Source: Octopus bimaculoides
Lineage: Eukaryota
DNA: 64,000 bases
Direction: 5' to 3'
NCBI RefSeq assembly: GCF_001194135.2
Contig: NC_068991.1
Span: 54,466,476 to 54,530,475, forward strand
Part shown: piece by piece, positions 1 to 12,149 of the stretch
Layout: each line of letters opens with the position of its first letter
Position numbering within the stretch: the stretch's first letter is position 1
Notes under the pieces: model-generated
Databases searched by the model: none
What the model was told of the DNA's origin: nothing
What the model saw: only the letters and a program-made list of their open reading frames with translations
Translations under genes and position numbers: made by a program

Positions 1-340
1 CTGAAGGGGTTTGTGTTTTATCTACCTTCCTACTTATTAGGATTTTGGTTTTTGCTAGGTTGACTCTAAGGCCCTTCGATTCTAGTCCTTGCTTCCACAC
101 CTGAAACTTCTCCTCTAGTTCTGATAGTGACTCCGCAATTAGTGCAAGGTCATCAGCATAGAAGAGCTCCCAGGGGCAACCTGTCTTGAATTCCTCTGTG
201 ATCGCCTGGAGGGCTATGATAAATAGGAGGGGGCTGAGGACGGAACCTTGGTGGACCCCTACCTCTACCCGGAATTCATTACTGTACTCATTTCCAACCC
301 TCACCTTACTGACAGCATCTCTGTACATGGCTCGCACAAT
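1..340 (-). mobile_element. RTE-type LINE reverse transcriptase fragment, 5'-truncated, continues beyond the left window edge
   Basis: Stop-free minus frame of 113 codons: IVRAMYRDAVSKVRVGNEYSNEFRVEVGVHQGSVLSPLLFIIALQAITEEFKTGCPWELFYADDLALIAESLSELEEKFQVWKQGLESKGLRVNLAKTK (QGSxLSP and YADD motifs). Confidence 0.92.
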
Positions 341-348
341 ATATATAT

Positions 349-1095
349 ATCATTGTTTAACATCTGCTTTCCATGCTGGCATGAGTTTGACTGAGGACTG
401 ACAAGCCAGGAGGCTGCACCAGGCTACAGTCTGATATGGCAAAGTTTCTACAGCTGGATGTCCTTCCTAACTCCAACCACTCCAAGAGTGTAATGGGTGC
501 TTTTTATGAGCCACCGGAACAGAGGCCAGTCAGGCAGCACTGGCATCAACCATGCTTAAATGGTACTTTTTACCCGCCACCGGAACAGCTGCCAGTCAGG
601 CAGCACTGGCATCAGCCATGACTATGATTTCACTTGACTCAACAGGTCTTCTCAGGCACAGCATATCTCCAAAGGTCTCAGTCGCTTGTCATTGCTTCTG
701 TAAGGCCCAATGTTCGATGGTCATGCTTCACTACCTCATTCCATGTTTTCCTGGGTCTACTTCTTCCACAGGTTCCCTCCACTGTTAGGGTGTGACACTT
801 CTTCACACACTTCCATACGCAACACATGACCATACCAGCACAGTCATCTCTCTTGCACACCACATCTGATGCCTTTTATGTCCAACTTTCTCTAAGGGCA
901 CTTACACTCTGTTGTGTATGCACACTGACATTACATGCAACGGAGCATACTAGCTTCATTTCTTTCAAGCCTACACATGTTCTCAGCAGTAACAGCCCAT
1001 GTTTCACTGCCGTGTAGCATGGCTGTTCACACATGGATCATACAGTCTACCTTTCACTCTGAGTGAGAGTTTCTTTGTTACCAGCAGAGCTAGGA
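349..1095 (-). mobile_element. 3' end of an RTE-type LINE (degenerate C-terminus plus 3' UTR and tail)
   Basis: Minus-strand LSLRVKGRLY...MLHGSETWAVTAENMCRLERNEASML...VEGTCGRSRPRKTWNEVV with frameshifts; 3' UTR ends GCCAGCATGGAAAGCAGATGTTAAACAATGAT. Confidence 0.88.
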
Positions 1096-1939
1096 GCTCT
1101 CTGAACTTTACATATATACATATATATATAGACAACAAAGCCAAGGCTGTGTGGAATTTTCAGGACATTTATAAAGAGAAAGTTAGTCTTACAGCTGTTT
1201 CTAGGATATTAGGAATATCCCTTCATCAGAAACGATGTGAGATGGTTGAATAGTTGGAAATAAGAGAATAAGAGTAAAAATAAAAATATATGTAGGATGT
1301 TATAGTTGCAGTTCCATTATCTGAGGATAGTGGTGTGTAGAAGTGATAGAAATGGTTCTTGTCCATGATATGTAAATTCCGATAGGAGTTCATATTTTGT
1401 CATTACAAATGGAAAGTGTGGAGACATAGGTTCCCTGTACTGTTCATTGAATGGGGTCTTGTGGTGTAAGTGAAGTTTTGAGAATGTAGTGGTGGTATTA
1501 AGTAGATAGAGAGGAGAGAAAAGATGTGTATGTTAAAATGAGGAGAATGTCAAAAGGAATAGGTAAGGAAAGAAGAAAGAAAGAGGAAGAGATAAGAATG
1601 TAAGGAATGAATATGTGTGAGGAGTGATATGTTTGAAAGGCTCTAAGGTGGAGGGATGGATACAGAAAACAGTAGAGCAGGGGGTTACTGAAGTGAGTAG
1701 TAAACCTCAAAAAGGAAGGGACGAATAATAAGATAGAATGGCCAAGTTTCTAAAAATAGACAGAGGTATTTATTGTACTGGTAGATGTGATAGTGGGGGG
1801 GGGGGGCTGAGGAATCAGAGAGAGAAAGAAAGAAGTGTATATTGATATATGCACACGTGCACACACATGCATATACGTGTGCATGTGTGCACTATTATAT
1901 AGGCCCGCATACTTATGTACTTAAATCCATACACATATA

Positions 1940-1987
<48 letters not shown>

Positions 1988-2106
1988 AGCGCGCACGCAC
2001 ACACACACACACACACACACACAGATACATACATACAGATATACACATGCGTACATATACACACATACACATACATACATATTCACACACACACACACAC
2101 ATATGT

Positions 2107-3102
2107 NNNNNNNNNNNNNNNNNNNNNNNNNNNNNNNNNNNNNNNNNNNNNNNNNNNNNNNNNNNNNNNNNNNNNNNNNNNNNNNNNNNNNNNNNNNNNN
2201 NNNNNNNNNNNNNNNNNNNNNNNNNNNNNNNNNNNNNNNNNNNNNNNNNNNNNNNNNNNNNNNNNNNNNNNNNNNNNNNNNNNNNNNNNNNNNNNNNNNN
2301 NNNNNNNNNNNNNNNNNNNNNNNNNNNNNNNNNNNNNNNNNNNNNNNNNNNNNNNNNNNNNNNNNNNNNNNNNNNNNNNNNNNNNNNNNNNNNNNNNNNN
2401 NNNNNNNNNNNNNNNNNNNNNNNNNNNNNNNNNNNNNNNNNNNNNNNNNNNNNNNNNNNNNNNNNNNNNNNNNNNNNNNNNNNNNNNNNNNNNNNNNNNN
2501 NNNNNNNNNNNNNNNNNNNNNNNNNNNNNNNNNNNNNNNNNNNNNNNNNNNNNNNNNNNNNNNNNNNNNNNNNNNNNNNNNNNNNNNNNNNNNNNNNNNN
2601 NNNNNNNNNNNNNNNNNNNNNNNNNNNNNNNNNNNNNNNNNNNNNNNNNNNNNNNNNNNNNNNNNNNNNNNNNNNNNNNNNNNNNNNNNNNNNNNNNNNN
2701 NNNNNNNNNNNNNNNNNNNNNNNNNNNNNNNNNNNNNNNNNNNNNNNNNNNNNNNNNNNNNNNNNNNNNNNNNNNNNNNNNNNNNNNNNNNNNNNNNNNN
2801 NNNNNNNNNNNNNNNNNNNNNNNNNNNNNNNNNNNNNNNNNNNNNNNNNNNNNNNNNNNNNNNNNNNNNNNNNNNNNNNNNNNNNNNNNNNNNNNNNNNN
2901 NNNNNNNNNNNNNNNNNNNNNNNNNNNNNNNNNNNNNNNNNNNNNNNNNNNNNNNNNNNNNNNNNNNNNNNNNNNNNNNNNNNNNNNNNNNNNNNNNNNN
3001 NNNNNNNNNNNNNNNNNNNNNNNNNNNNNNNNNNNNNNNNNNNNNNNNNNNNNNNNNNNNNNNNNNNNNNNNNNNNNNNNNNNNNNNNNNNNNNNNNNNN
3101 NN
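2107..3102. other. Assembly gap (others start near 3788, 12171, 16770, 38944, 47365, 53725 and 55368)
   Basis: N runs; most are flanked by (TA)n, typical of short-read scaffolding failing at microsatellites. Confidence 0.98.
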
Positions 3103-3752
3103 ATATATATATATATATATATATATAAAAACAAACACACACACACACACACACATGTAATATATATATTGTGGAAAAGAAGACATTTTGGGACACTTTG
3201 AAAATGAAAGTATTCCTGGAAATACAAACACTGTATCATTTGCATATATTTAAAACTCGTTTATATCTATTCACTTGTTTCTTTCACTGAACATTTCTAC
3301 TAATCTCTCTCATTCCAAAATTAACCGGTTTCTCTTTCTCTCTATTTCTTGACTAATCTTTTTTTTTTTTCCATCTTTATTTAACGAACATAGAGTTGTT
3401 TTAGTTCTGCTAATTTTGTAATGTTATATTTGTCACAATTGGTAAACAATGCAGCTATTAGTTATAGGAATTTTATAAGTTTATCATTGCCTTGTTGCAT
3501 TTCTGACTAGAGAGTATTTGTAACTCAGTGAATAGCAGATATCATAGGGGACTTGTAACTACTTTAAGAGCACCAGTTTTTCAGTTTCTTCACTTCCGTT
3601 TACATTCTTCATCAAAAAATGCAACCCTTCCCCACACACACATATGTTAGACTTCTGGACAGTTTCCATCTGTGAATTACCACCAACAAGGTATTGGGCC
3701 ACCCAATATGAAGAAATGAATTTGAAGCTGATAGATTATTTATATATATATA

Positions 3753-3787
<35 letters not shown>

Positions 3788-4526
3788 NNNNNNNNNNNNN
3801 NNNNNNNNNNNNNNNNNNNNNNNNNNNNNNNNNNNNNNNNNNNNNNNNNNNNNNNNNNNNNNNNNNNNNNNNNNNNNNNNNNNNNNNNNNNNNNNNNNNN
3901 NNNNNNNNNNNNNNNNNNNNNNNNNNNNNNNNNNNNNNNNNNNNNNNNNNNNNNNNNNNNNNNNNNNNNNNNNNNNNNNNNNNNNNNNNNNNNNNNNNNN
4001 NNNNNNNNNNNNNNNNNNNNNNNNNNNNNNNNNNNNNNNNNNNNNNNNNNNNNNNNNNNNNNNNNNNNNNNNNNNNNNNNNNNNNNNNNNNNNNNNNNNN
4101 NNNNNNNNNNNNNNNNNNNNNNNNNNNNNNNNNNNNNNNNNNNNNNNNNNNNNNNNNNNNNNNNNNNNNNNNNNNNNNNNNNNNNNNNNNNNNNNNNNNN
4201 NNNNNNNNNNNNNNNNNNNNNNNNNNNNNNNNNNNNNNNNNNNNNNNNNNNNNNNNNNNNNNNNNNNNNNNNNNNNNNNNNNNNNNNNNNNNNNNNNNNN
4301 NNNNNNNNNNNNNNNNNNNNNNNNNNNNNNNNNNNNNNNNNNNNNNNNNNNNNNNNNNNNNNNNNNNNNNNNNNNNNNNNNNNNNNNNNNNNNNNNNNNN
4401 NNNNNNNNNNNNNNNNNNNNNNNNNNNNNNNNNNNNNNNNNNNNNNNNNNNNNNNNNNNNNNNNNNNNNNNNNNNNNNNNNNNNNNNNNNNNNNNNNNNN
4501 NNNNNNNNNNNNNNNNNNNNNNNNNN

Positions 4527-4559
<33 letters not shown>

Positions 4560-4983
4560 AAACAATCACAAAGAATACAGAGACTGGTACATCTTCAAAT
4601 TTTTCTTTTAATTTAACATTTAATTATACAGCATAATTAATTAGTTAAAATGACTGACGTGCTTCTGTTGCATAGGGCTTATGGAGGTTAGCCGTAACCT
4701 GGACTATACCTGAGAGCTCTTATGGTGCTCAATTGGATAATCTATTCCTATGTACTCATCATACATATATCATCATCATAATCATTGTTTAACGTCTGCT
4801 TTCCATGCTGGCATAGGTTGGACTGTTTGACTGAGGACTGACAAGCCAGGAGGCTGTACCAGGCTCCATTGTGATCTGGCAAGGTTTCTTCAGCTGGATG
4901 CTCTTCCTAACACCAACCACTCCAAGAGTGTAGTGGGTGCTTTTTACATGATGTATGTATGTATATATATATACATATATATG

Positions 4984-5056
<73 letters not shown>

Positions 5057-5218
5057 CCCATGCCAGCATAGAAAGCAGACGTTAAACGATGATGATGACA
5101 TATATATATATATATATATATATGTATTTTGTTGTGTCTGGGGAGAGTCATTCTCTTTCAGTGCCTCAGAATTTAACACACTCAACGGTAAAATTTCTAC
5201 TTATTTCTTTTTAATTTT

Positions 5219-6310
5219 TATTGTCTGATTGTTAGGTCTTTTGGGTGCTTGTATAAGAGGCAGATGTCAAGTTGACTGAGGTTGCTGCCATTTTGGTCCT
5301 TGGCATGTTGGTAGAGTATGGAGGACTGTTTTTTTTGTTGTCATATTGTCTCAAATGTTCATTTAGTCGTTCCACAATGCTCTTAGATGTCTCCCCTATG
5401 TATGTCATGTTCATATCTTTACAAGCACCTTCTATGCATCTTACGCTGTAAACTACATTTCTAGTTCTACAGTTAGTGCCAGGGCTAATCCTACTTACCA
5501 TGCAGTTATCATTGGTGCATATGGTATTCTCAAAGGGGTACGTCCTACATAGTTGTGATCTGACAAAGTTCCCTGGCTTTTCAGCAATCTTAATATTGAG
5601 TATGGTCTCCTTCAGGGCTTTTCTAAATCTACGGGCTAGTTCTCCATGGGCTGTGGCCTCTAAAAACATCACTCCTTGATATTTGTTGGTTTTATACCAC
5701 ATGTTTGCCTTGTTTGCTTTGTCACAAGTTCTTTGTATCCTACTCCAGTCTTTGTTTCTATATCTAGAGCAGGCACCACTGGTATCGTTATGTATAATGT
5801 TATCTAATTTCCTTCTAGCACCCCTGTATACTCGAACCCTATCTTTCTGATCATGTGCAGTGAATTGCATGCAGTGCATGAAGTTCTGTATATGTTTTTT
5901 CATTTCATAGGGTTCGCATAGTGGGGACACATTGTTCATTATCCTAACTAAGTCTGCTATCAGTATGTTAACTTTCATGTTGTGTGACAAAGCTGAGTTC
6001 TTGTGAACAACATATTTCGAAGCTATGGGTTTCATGTAATAGGAGTGGAGGAACAGCACTCTATTTTTCACAGTCTCTAACCAAAGTTCAGTATCAAGTA
6101 CGGAGAGTCTCTTATTGGGGTGCGTATTAGAGTAATCTATAGTTACCTTGATACTTTGGTGGATGGAGTTAGCTACTTGCTGGATGCTTTCCATTACGTT
6201 CCTCTCAGTTTCTACATTACCATTACTAGAGTTGGTCCTAGCTATGATATTAATGTCATCTACATATCTCAGACAAATACAGGAGTACGTCCTCACAAAT
6301 GAAACTTCCC
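5219..6310 (-). mobile_element. Penelope-like retroelement fragment (RT C-terminal half/thumb plus GIY-YIG endonuclease)
   Basis: ORF 5232-6296: LRYVDD, YMKPIASKYVVHKNSAL thumb motif, Cys-containing linker, and NVVYSVRC...YIGETSKSIVERLNEH (GIY-YIG); a frameshift in an A-run continues into SSILYQHAKD...DLTIRQ. Confidence 0.9.
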
Positions 6311-6399
6311 CAATACAAAATAGAAAATATACATAGTAGATATCATACTCCCATACCCACAGTTTACATAGGTAGAGTAGAATAGTTAGTGGGCTGTTA

Positions 6400-6582
6400 T
6401 GTAGATAGATGTATGTATGTGTGTGTGGGGGGGTCTATGTATATATTTGTATATGCACATGTATATAAGCATATGGATATGGAAGTAAACAGACCAACAT
6501 ACAGGCAGATAGGTACATAGGTTATATGAACAGACAAGCACACATACACACACATACACAAATGGAGACTGAAACACATGAC

Positions 6583-6617
<35 letters not shown>

Positions 6618-7000
6618 ACACACACTTTACTTCACACAAGGACACATATGGAGACACACGTCCACATATATGAAGATGCACATCCATACATACACAGTAC
6701 ATGGTTGCAAAACACACACGCACACTCAGACATGCACATAGAAGGAGACAGAGGTACACACACACATATACAAACACACACACACACACATACATAAAAA
6801 CACATAAACACGGACATGCAAACACATGAATATGCAGAATACATACATACATACAAATATACACACATACATATATATATGCATATGCACACACACATAC
6901 ATGCAACACACATGCATACATACATACATACATGCATGCATGCCTGTGTAGGCACACACATGCATACACTAACCGACACATATGTGCACAGACAAACAAA
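6400..7000. repeat. Degenerate compound CA/TA-rich low-complexity tract
   Basis: Interspersed (CA)n, (CATA)n and (TA)n; the ORFs here are H/T/C/V-rich artefacts. Confidence 0.85.
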
Positions 7001-7265
7001 AAAGAATGAAAGTGTGAATAATGGACAGTCAAAACTATTGAAAAGGTTGCAAGATGCAAAAAAATTTTTGAAAATTAAAAAAGAAATAAGTGGAAATTTT
7101 ACAGGTGAATGTGTTAAATTATAAGGCACTAAAAGAGAATGACTCTCCCCAGGCACAACAGAATATGCTTCAATATACGAACTCATATAAGGAATCTTTT
7201 AAACCAAATCCAAAAATGAAATATATATATATTGTTTTTAGAAAAACATAAATCCGGAGAAGAGG

Positions 7266-7372
7266 CAATCTAAGAAGTAGAGTAATCTATATTTTTGTCT
7301 CAATCTAAGAAGTAGAGTAATCTATATTTTTGTCCCAAACTAAGAAGTAGAGCAATCTATATTTTTTTCTCA
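7266..7372. repeat. 35-bp minisatellite, 3 copies
   Basis: Unit CAATCTAAGAAGTAGAGTAATCTATATTTTTGTCT at 7266, 7301 and 7336. Confidence 0.9.
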
Positions 7373-9039
7373 GTCATTTATTACATTATCTTAAAAGTTT
7401 AGTTATTCTAATTAAGTCAGAAATTATGATACTGTGTTGAAAAAATATTACATCACACAAACTTCATAATATCACACTCTGTCTTAAAAATCAAGAGACA
7501 CTTGATATGATTTGATAGTGAAACTCTTTGTGCACTTTACCTGAAATAACATGACTGAGATACCCATAGCTGGAAAGGCTTTGATCATAAGTCTACCTGA
7601 TTAGAGGCAACCTGGGGTTAAGCAACTATAATAAGTAAACCTTGAAACAATATTTGGCTTGTAAATTTTAGATATAACAGGAATGATATAATGAAATGAG
7701 AAAAAAGAAGAGGTTTAGTGACTGCAATTTTTTAAAGAATACTTTTAAAAGTAGTACAAAGCATTATATATAGAGAGAGAGTGTGAAACATCATAACTTG
7801 AACATTTAGATGTAGAGATGATATTTTTTAAAAACTCTAAATTTTTTGTTTTCTAATATCAATTGTTATTTTTGTTATTTAAATTTTAAAACGTGATTCA
7901 GTCAAAATTGCAATCATGCTTCAAATATATGTTGGTCAATTTGGACAAAGTTACTATTTTAAAACTTAACAGTTCAGCAAAAGAGATTGATAGAATGAGT
8001 ACTGGACTTTAAAAAATAAATAAGTACTGAGATTGATTCATCTGACTAAAAATTCTTCAAGGCGGTGCCCCAGCATGGCCGTAGTCTAATGACTGAAACA
8101 AATAAAAGATACATTAACTATGACACATAGATGACTGTATAAGTTTCTTTATCATTCATATAACTTTTGTATCATGATTGCAATCTTTTTTTTTTCTTTG
8201 AAAATTTGAATGCCTTAGTTAGAAAGAGAGGAAAAAGTGACTGAACATAAGTTAGTGTGATGAGAAGTAGGATATCAAGACATTAACTGATCCTCAGGCC
8301 AGAGGCCAAGTCAGAATGTTTACATCAGAGTAAACTCTGATAATGGCAACACATGAAGGCCTACATTAATCTGATAATCAGTTCCACAAAATTTCCTTAT
8401 TACTCAGTAAATAGTTTCAACCAGAGTCTGTGGCCATACTGGAGCACAAATATTTTTTTATCTAATTCATTGACTATACTAGGTCTGATCAACAATTATA
8501 GTACAAACAGCTGTTAAAAGGCTGTTTGACTGAAAACTTATGGCTCAATTGATCCTCAATTATAAGACAATAACTAAGGTAGTAAATTCTCATGAAGTGA
8601 ATAATGTATACTCAATTGTTCTGTATATGTGATGCAACTGGCAGGCAAGACAGGTTTATATCATTTTGTATCCAGTCTCTTCTACTGAAAGCCTTGTAGC
8701 ATAAGACAATGCTACTGTTATATTATTATTGTTAGAGTAGAAGATACAGTTGTTGAGATACAGCTGCTGTATACAATAGTTTTATTGATTTGAGAATAGC
8801 CAAAGTTGGCGGCAGACTTACAATGAGTGTGAAGTATTTTAATGCAGAGAGTTTTGTGTCTTGAATAAATTGGAAAACATTTTTCGTCTTTCTTTTTTTA
8901 ATATCAAAAGTCATGCATGGTATGATGAAATATTACAGCATGTGATAGCATAAACCTACTCTGAAGAGCATGGTATAAAGTTTGTTTGGTTTGAATGTTT
9001 TTGTGAAAAATTCCCAGTTTGTATACCTTCTGTTTTTTA

Positions 9040-9426
9040 ACTTTTAATTGTTTCAGTCATTAGACCATTGCACCACCTTGAAATATTTTTTAGTCAAATG
9101 AACCAACCCAGTACTTATTTTTTTCAAGTCCGGCACATATTCTATCAGTCTTTTTTGCTGAACTGCTAGGTTACATGAATGAAAGCATACCAACGCCAGT
9201 TGTCAACCAGTGTTGGGGGTCAAACAGAGACAAAGACACACACACATATATACATACATATATGCAACAGGCTCCATTCAGTTTCTGTCTTCCAAATCCA
9301 TGCACTAGGCTTTGGTCAACCAGAGGCTATAGCAGAAGATACTTGTCCAAGTTGTCAGACAGTGGAACTGAACCCTGGATTATGTGGTTGAGAAGCAAGC
9401 TTCTTACTACACTGCCAACCTGCACC
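9040..9426 (-). mobile_element. SINE family A (tRNA-like head, internal (TG)n, ...GACTGAAACAAGTAAAAGA tail)
   Basis: Reverse complement of the copies at 28742, 32684, 33793 and 55812. Confidence 0.8.
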
Positions 9427-10320
9427 AACTAAGTGTTATATTGACTTCCACCCTTTTTTCACTAGTTTGATGTGGAAGAAGGTCAAGATGCAACCATAGT
9501 TTTCACACATTGTTCACAGATCGTTGATGTGAACAATATTGTTATTTACAAGTCAAAGCTGTGGAAAAAAATATGGAAAGAAATGGTATTCTAGAGGGGC
9601 AAAGTCTTAAGAAAGAAAAAACTGGATGTAGTGACTAGTGCAGGAACTAAGAATGTTGGGGATACAAAATGGGTAACCAGAGAAGGGGTTGTATAAGTGT
9701 GGGGGAATGGGTATATGCAAGTGAATGTAGTTATAAGGAACATCATATTTAATTTAGGGTTATTGGAATATCATTTAATTTAGAGTTATTGGGATATCAT
9801 GTATATGATATTCCAGTATATTATGGATCAATTTTTTTTGTGGGCAACAATCAAAAGATACTAAAATATTTAATATTGGTTTGCAATTTTGGTTGAAGGC
9901 CAGCAATTTCACAATAAGCTGATTACATCAACCCTAGTGCTAGACTGGTATTTATTTTATCGAGCCCAAAAGGATGAAAGGCAAAATCGACCATGGCAGA
10001 ATTTGAACACAGAATGTAAAGATGAACAGAATGTTGCTAAGCATTTTGCCCAGTGTGCTAATGATTCTGACAGCTCACCGCTTTACTCAAATATTGTATG
10101 CTTTATATATAATCGTTTCTAGCATCAGTTCAAATTTTGGTGGATAGTACAGTGATTTCAATCAATTCCTGTACTTGACTAGTGGGTTGGGTGTTTCATT
10201 CATAATTGCAAGATCATGGTTTCAATTCTTGGATCAGGTGGAGTATTGTGTCCTTGAGAAAAACATTTCATTTCACATTTTTCCAGTTCACTCAGCAGTA
10301 AGTGTGTAGCCTGCAATGGA

Positions 10321-10364
10321 CCATAGCATATGAGACCATAACATATGAGACCATAACATATGAG
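10321..10364. repeat. 15-bp tandem repeat, 3 copies
   Basis: CCATAACATATGAGA x3. Confidence 0.9.
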
Positions 10365-10874
10365 TGATCTGGGTCACTTATTTACTATGGAGGCCAGGTA
10401 GCCAGCTCTATGGGTTCAAGGAACTGAGAAATTATTGTCCAGGGGTTGATGATGGTGTATTTGACTGGAAATTATTTTATCGATTACAGAAGAATGGCAG
10501 GAAAAAATCAACTCCAAAAAAGTACAAACTCAAATATCAAAGGACAGAACTAAATACTACAAAGCATTTTGTCTGTCACACCACCAATTCTATCAATCAA
10601 CTGCTCTTATACTGCAAATCACAGATAGTTGATCAAATTACCAGTTTATTTTATAGAACTGTGATCATTATTATATATATTATACTATATATATATATCA
10701 TCATCATCATTATCACCATCATTATCAACACTTAACGTCTGTTACCCATGCTGGCATGGGCTGGACAACTTGACAGGAACTGTCAAGGCCATCAGTTTCC
10801 ATAGTCTGTTTTGGCTTGGTTTCTATGGCTGGATGCCCTTCTTAATGCCAACCACTTTACAGAGTGTACTGGGT

Positions 10875-10909
<35 letters not shown>

Positions 10910-10931
10910 CATTACACAATGTATGTATATA

Positions 10932-10979
<48 letters not shown>

Positions 10980-10982
<3 letters not shown>

Positions 10983-12149
10983 GGTCATCCCATAAATAAT
11001 GCAGTTTTTTATAGTTCTTTTATTTTTAAAAATTAAGATAAACAAAGTTCTTTTTAATCTAAAATGTACTCTCCTTCATTATCAACAATGTTCTTCCATC
11101 TATCTGGTAGACTTGCAAGGCTCCTCTTCTAAAATGCACTTGGCCATGACGAAAAATATTCCTCCAGTACTGTTCTGATCTCATCTACAGAATTCATATA
11201 TTTTCTGTTCAAATGATTTTGAAGACTACAAAATAAATGATAATCAGATGGGGCAATATCGGGCGAAAGTGGTGGGTGGGACATCATTTCCCATTCAGAC
11301 TACTCCAGCTTTTGGAATGTCATCTTTGCTGTATGTGGCTGGGCATTATTCTGAGGGAAGAACACCATTCGTCTTGAAACCAAAGATGGTTGTTTTTCTT
11401 CTAGTGCTGACTTATCATTTGGTTTGGGTTTAAAAGTTCGAAGTGGACTAAACCTTTCATATTCCACCAAACAGTTAACAATGCCTTACATGGGTGAAAA
11501 CCTTCTTATTTAGCCTGGGGTACCAGTGTTTCTCCTTTCCCTACCCACTGTCTTCGGCACTTGACATTTTTGCAGAGAACCCATTTCTCATCACCAATCA
11601 CTATTCAGTCCAATAAAAGGTTCATTCATGACTCATGACAGCAAAGAAGAGCACACATTTACTCTCTGCATGCGATTAGACTCGGAAAGTTTGTGAGATA
11701 TCCATTGATCTAATTTGCTGACTTTTCTGATGGCATGCAGGTGTCGATGAATGGTTGGATGACCAAGTCCAAGCTTCTCTGCTAGTTCCTCAACAATTGC
11801 AATAGGATTTTGTTCCACCATGATTTGCAAGATGTCCTCATTGAGCTCTACAGATCTTCCAGGACAAGGCTACATTAATATTCCTCACACTTTCCGTTGT
11901 GTTGTTGCCTTTACTGAACTCATAAAATAAAATATGCCAAATATGGTCCTTTGTCACTTCCATTATAGCTTTGAAAAAATATCTGATGAAATCGAACTGC
12001 ACTCCTCAAAACTTGTTCTAAGAATAAGGACAAGGTAAAATTACTACCTGCGTTTATAGCAAGATGATGCAAGTAATTTATCCTGTCCCCCTCTGACATG
12101 CAATTTTTCATGCAATTGGAAAAACTGTATTATTTATAGGATGACCTAA
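10980..12149. mobile_element. Full-length degenerate mariner (D34D-type) transposon with ~30-bp TIRs and TA TSD
   Basis: Left TTCGGTCATCCCATAAATAATGCAGTTTTT and right AAAAACTGTATTATTTATAGGATGACCTAA are inverted repeats, each flanked by TA within (TA)n. Confidence 0.92.
11054..11963 (-). pseudogene. Mariner transposase pseudogene
   Basis: MEVTKDHIWHILFYEFSKG...VEQNPIAIVEELAEKLG (HTH)...IVIGDEKW...LLTVWW...SPDIAPSDYHLFCSLQNHL...EGEYILD*; stops, frameshifts and internal deletions. Confidence 0.9.

Noticed and set aside
1310-1375. CTGAGGA...GAAA hammerhead-like arrangement
   Set aside because: The cleavage-site base would be G, stem II has only 2 bp, and stem I has 3 bp; likely chance.
1815-4636. 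Long 270-476 aa ORFs spanning N runs (also at 16521-17710, 38655-39415, 47269-47774 and 55326-55658)
   Set aside because: They consist of X from gaps plus YI/HT/CV/poly-residue microsatellite translations and are artefacts.
5135-5175. GAAA-GAG-loop-CTC-TC hammerhead stem-III-like hairpin in the PLE-flanking inverted repeat
   Set aside because: The CUGANGA core is incomplete (CTGAGG), stem I does not pair, and the other copy lacks the motif.
7266-7372. Regularly spaced short repeats considered as CRISPR-like
   Set aside because: The units are contiguous with no unique spacers, and the context is eukaryotic; this is an ordinary minisatellite.
9467-9500. After a pyrimidine-rich AG, the frame reads FDVEEGQDAT, superficially like the RyR FDVGLQEDAT motif
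   Set aside because: The upstream LSCL/DKL residues are missing, there is no suitable phase-1 donor, and the similarity is compatible with chance.
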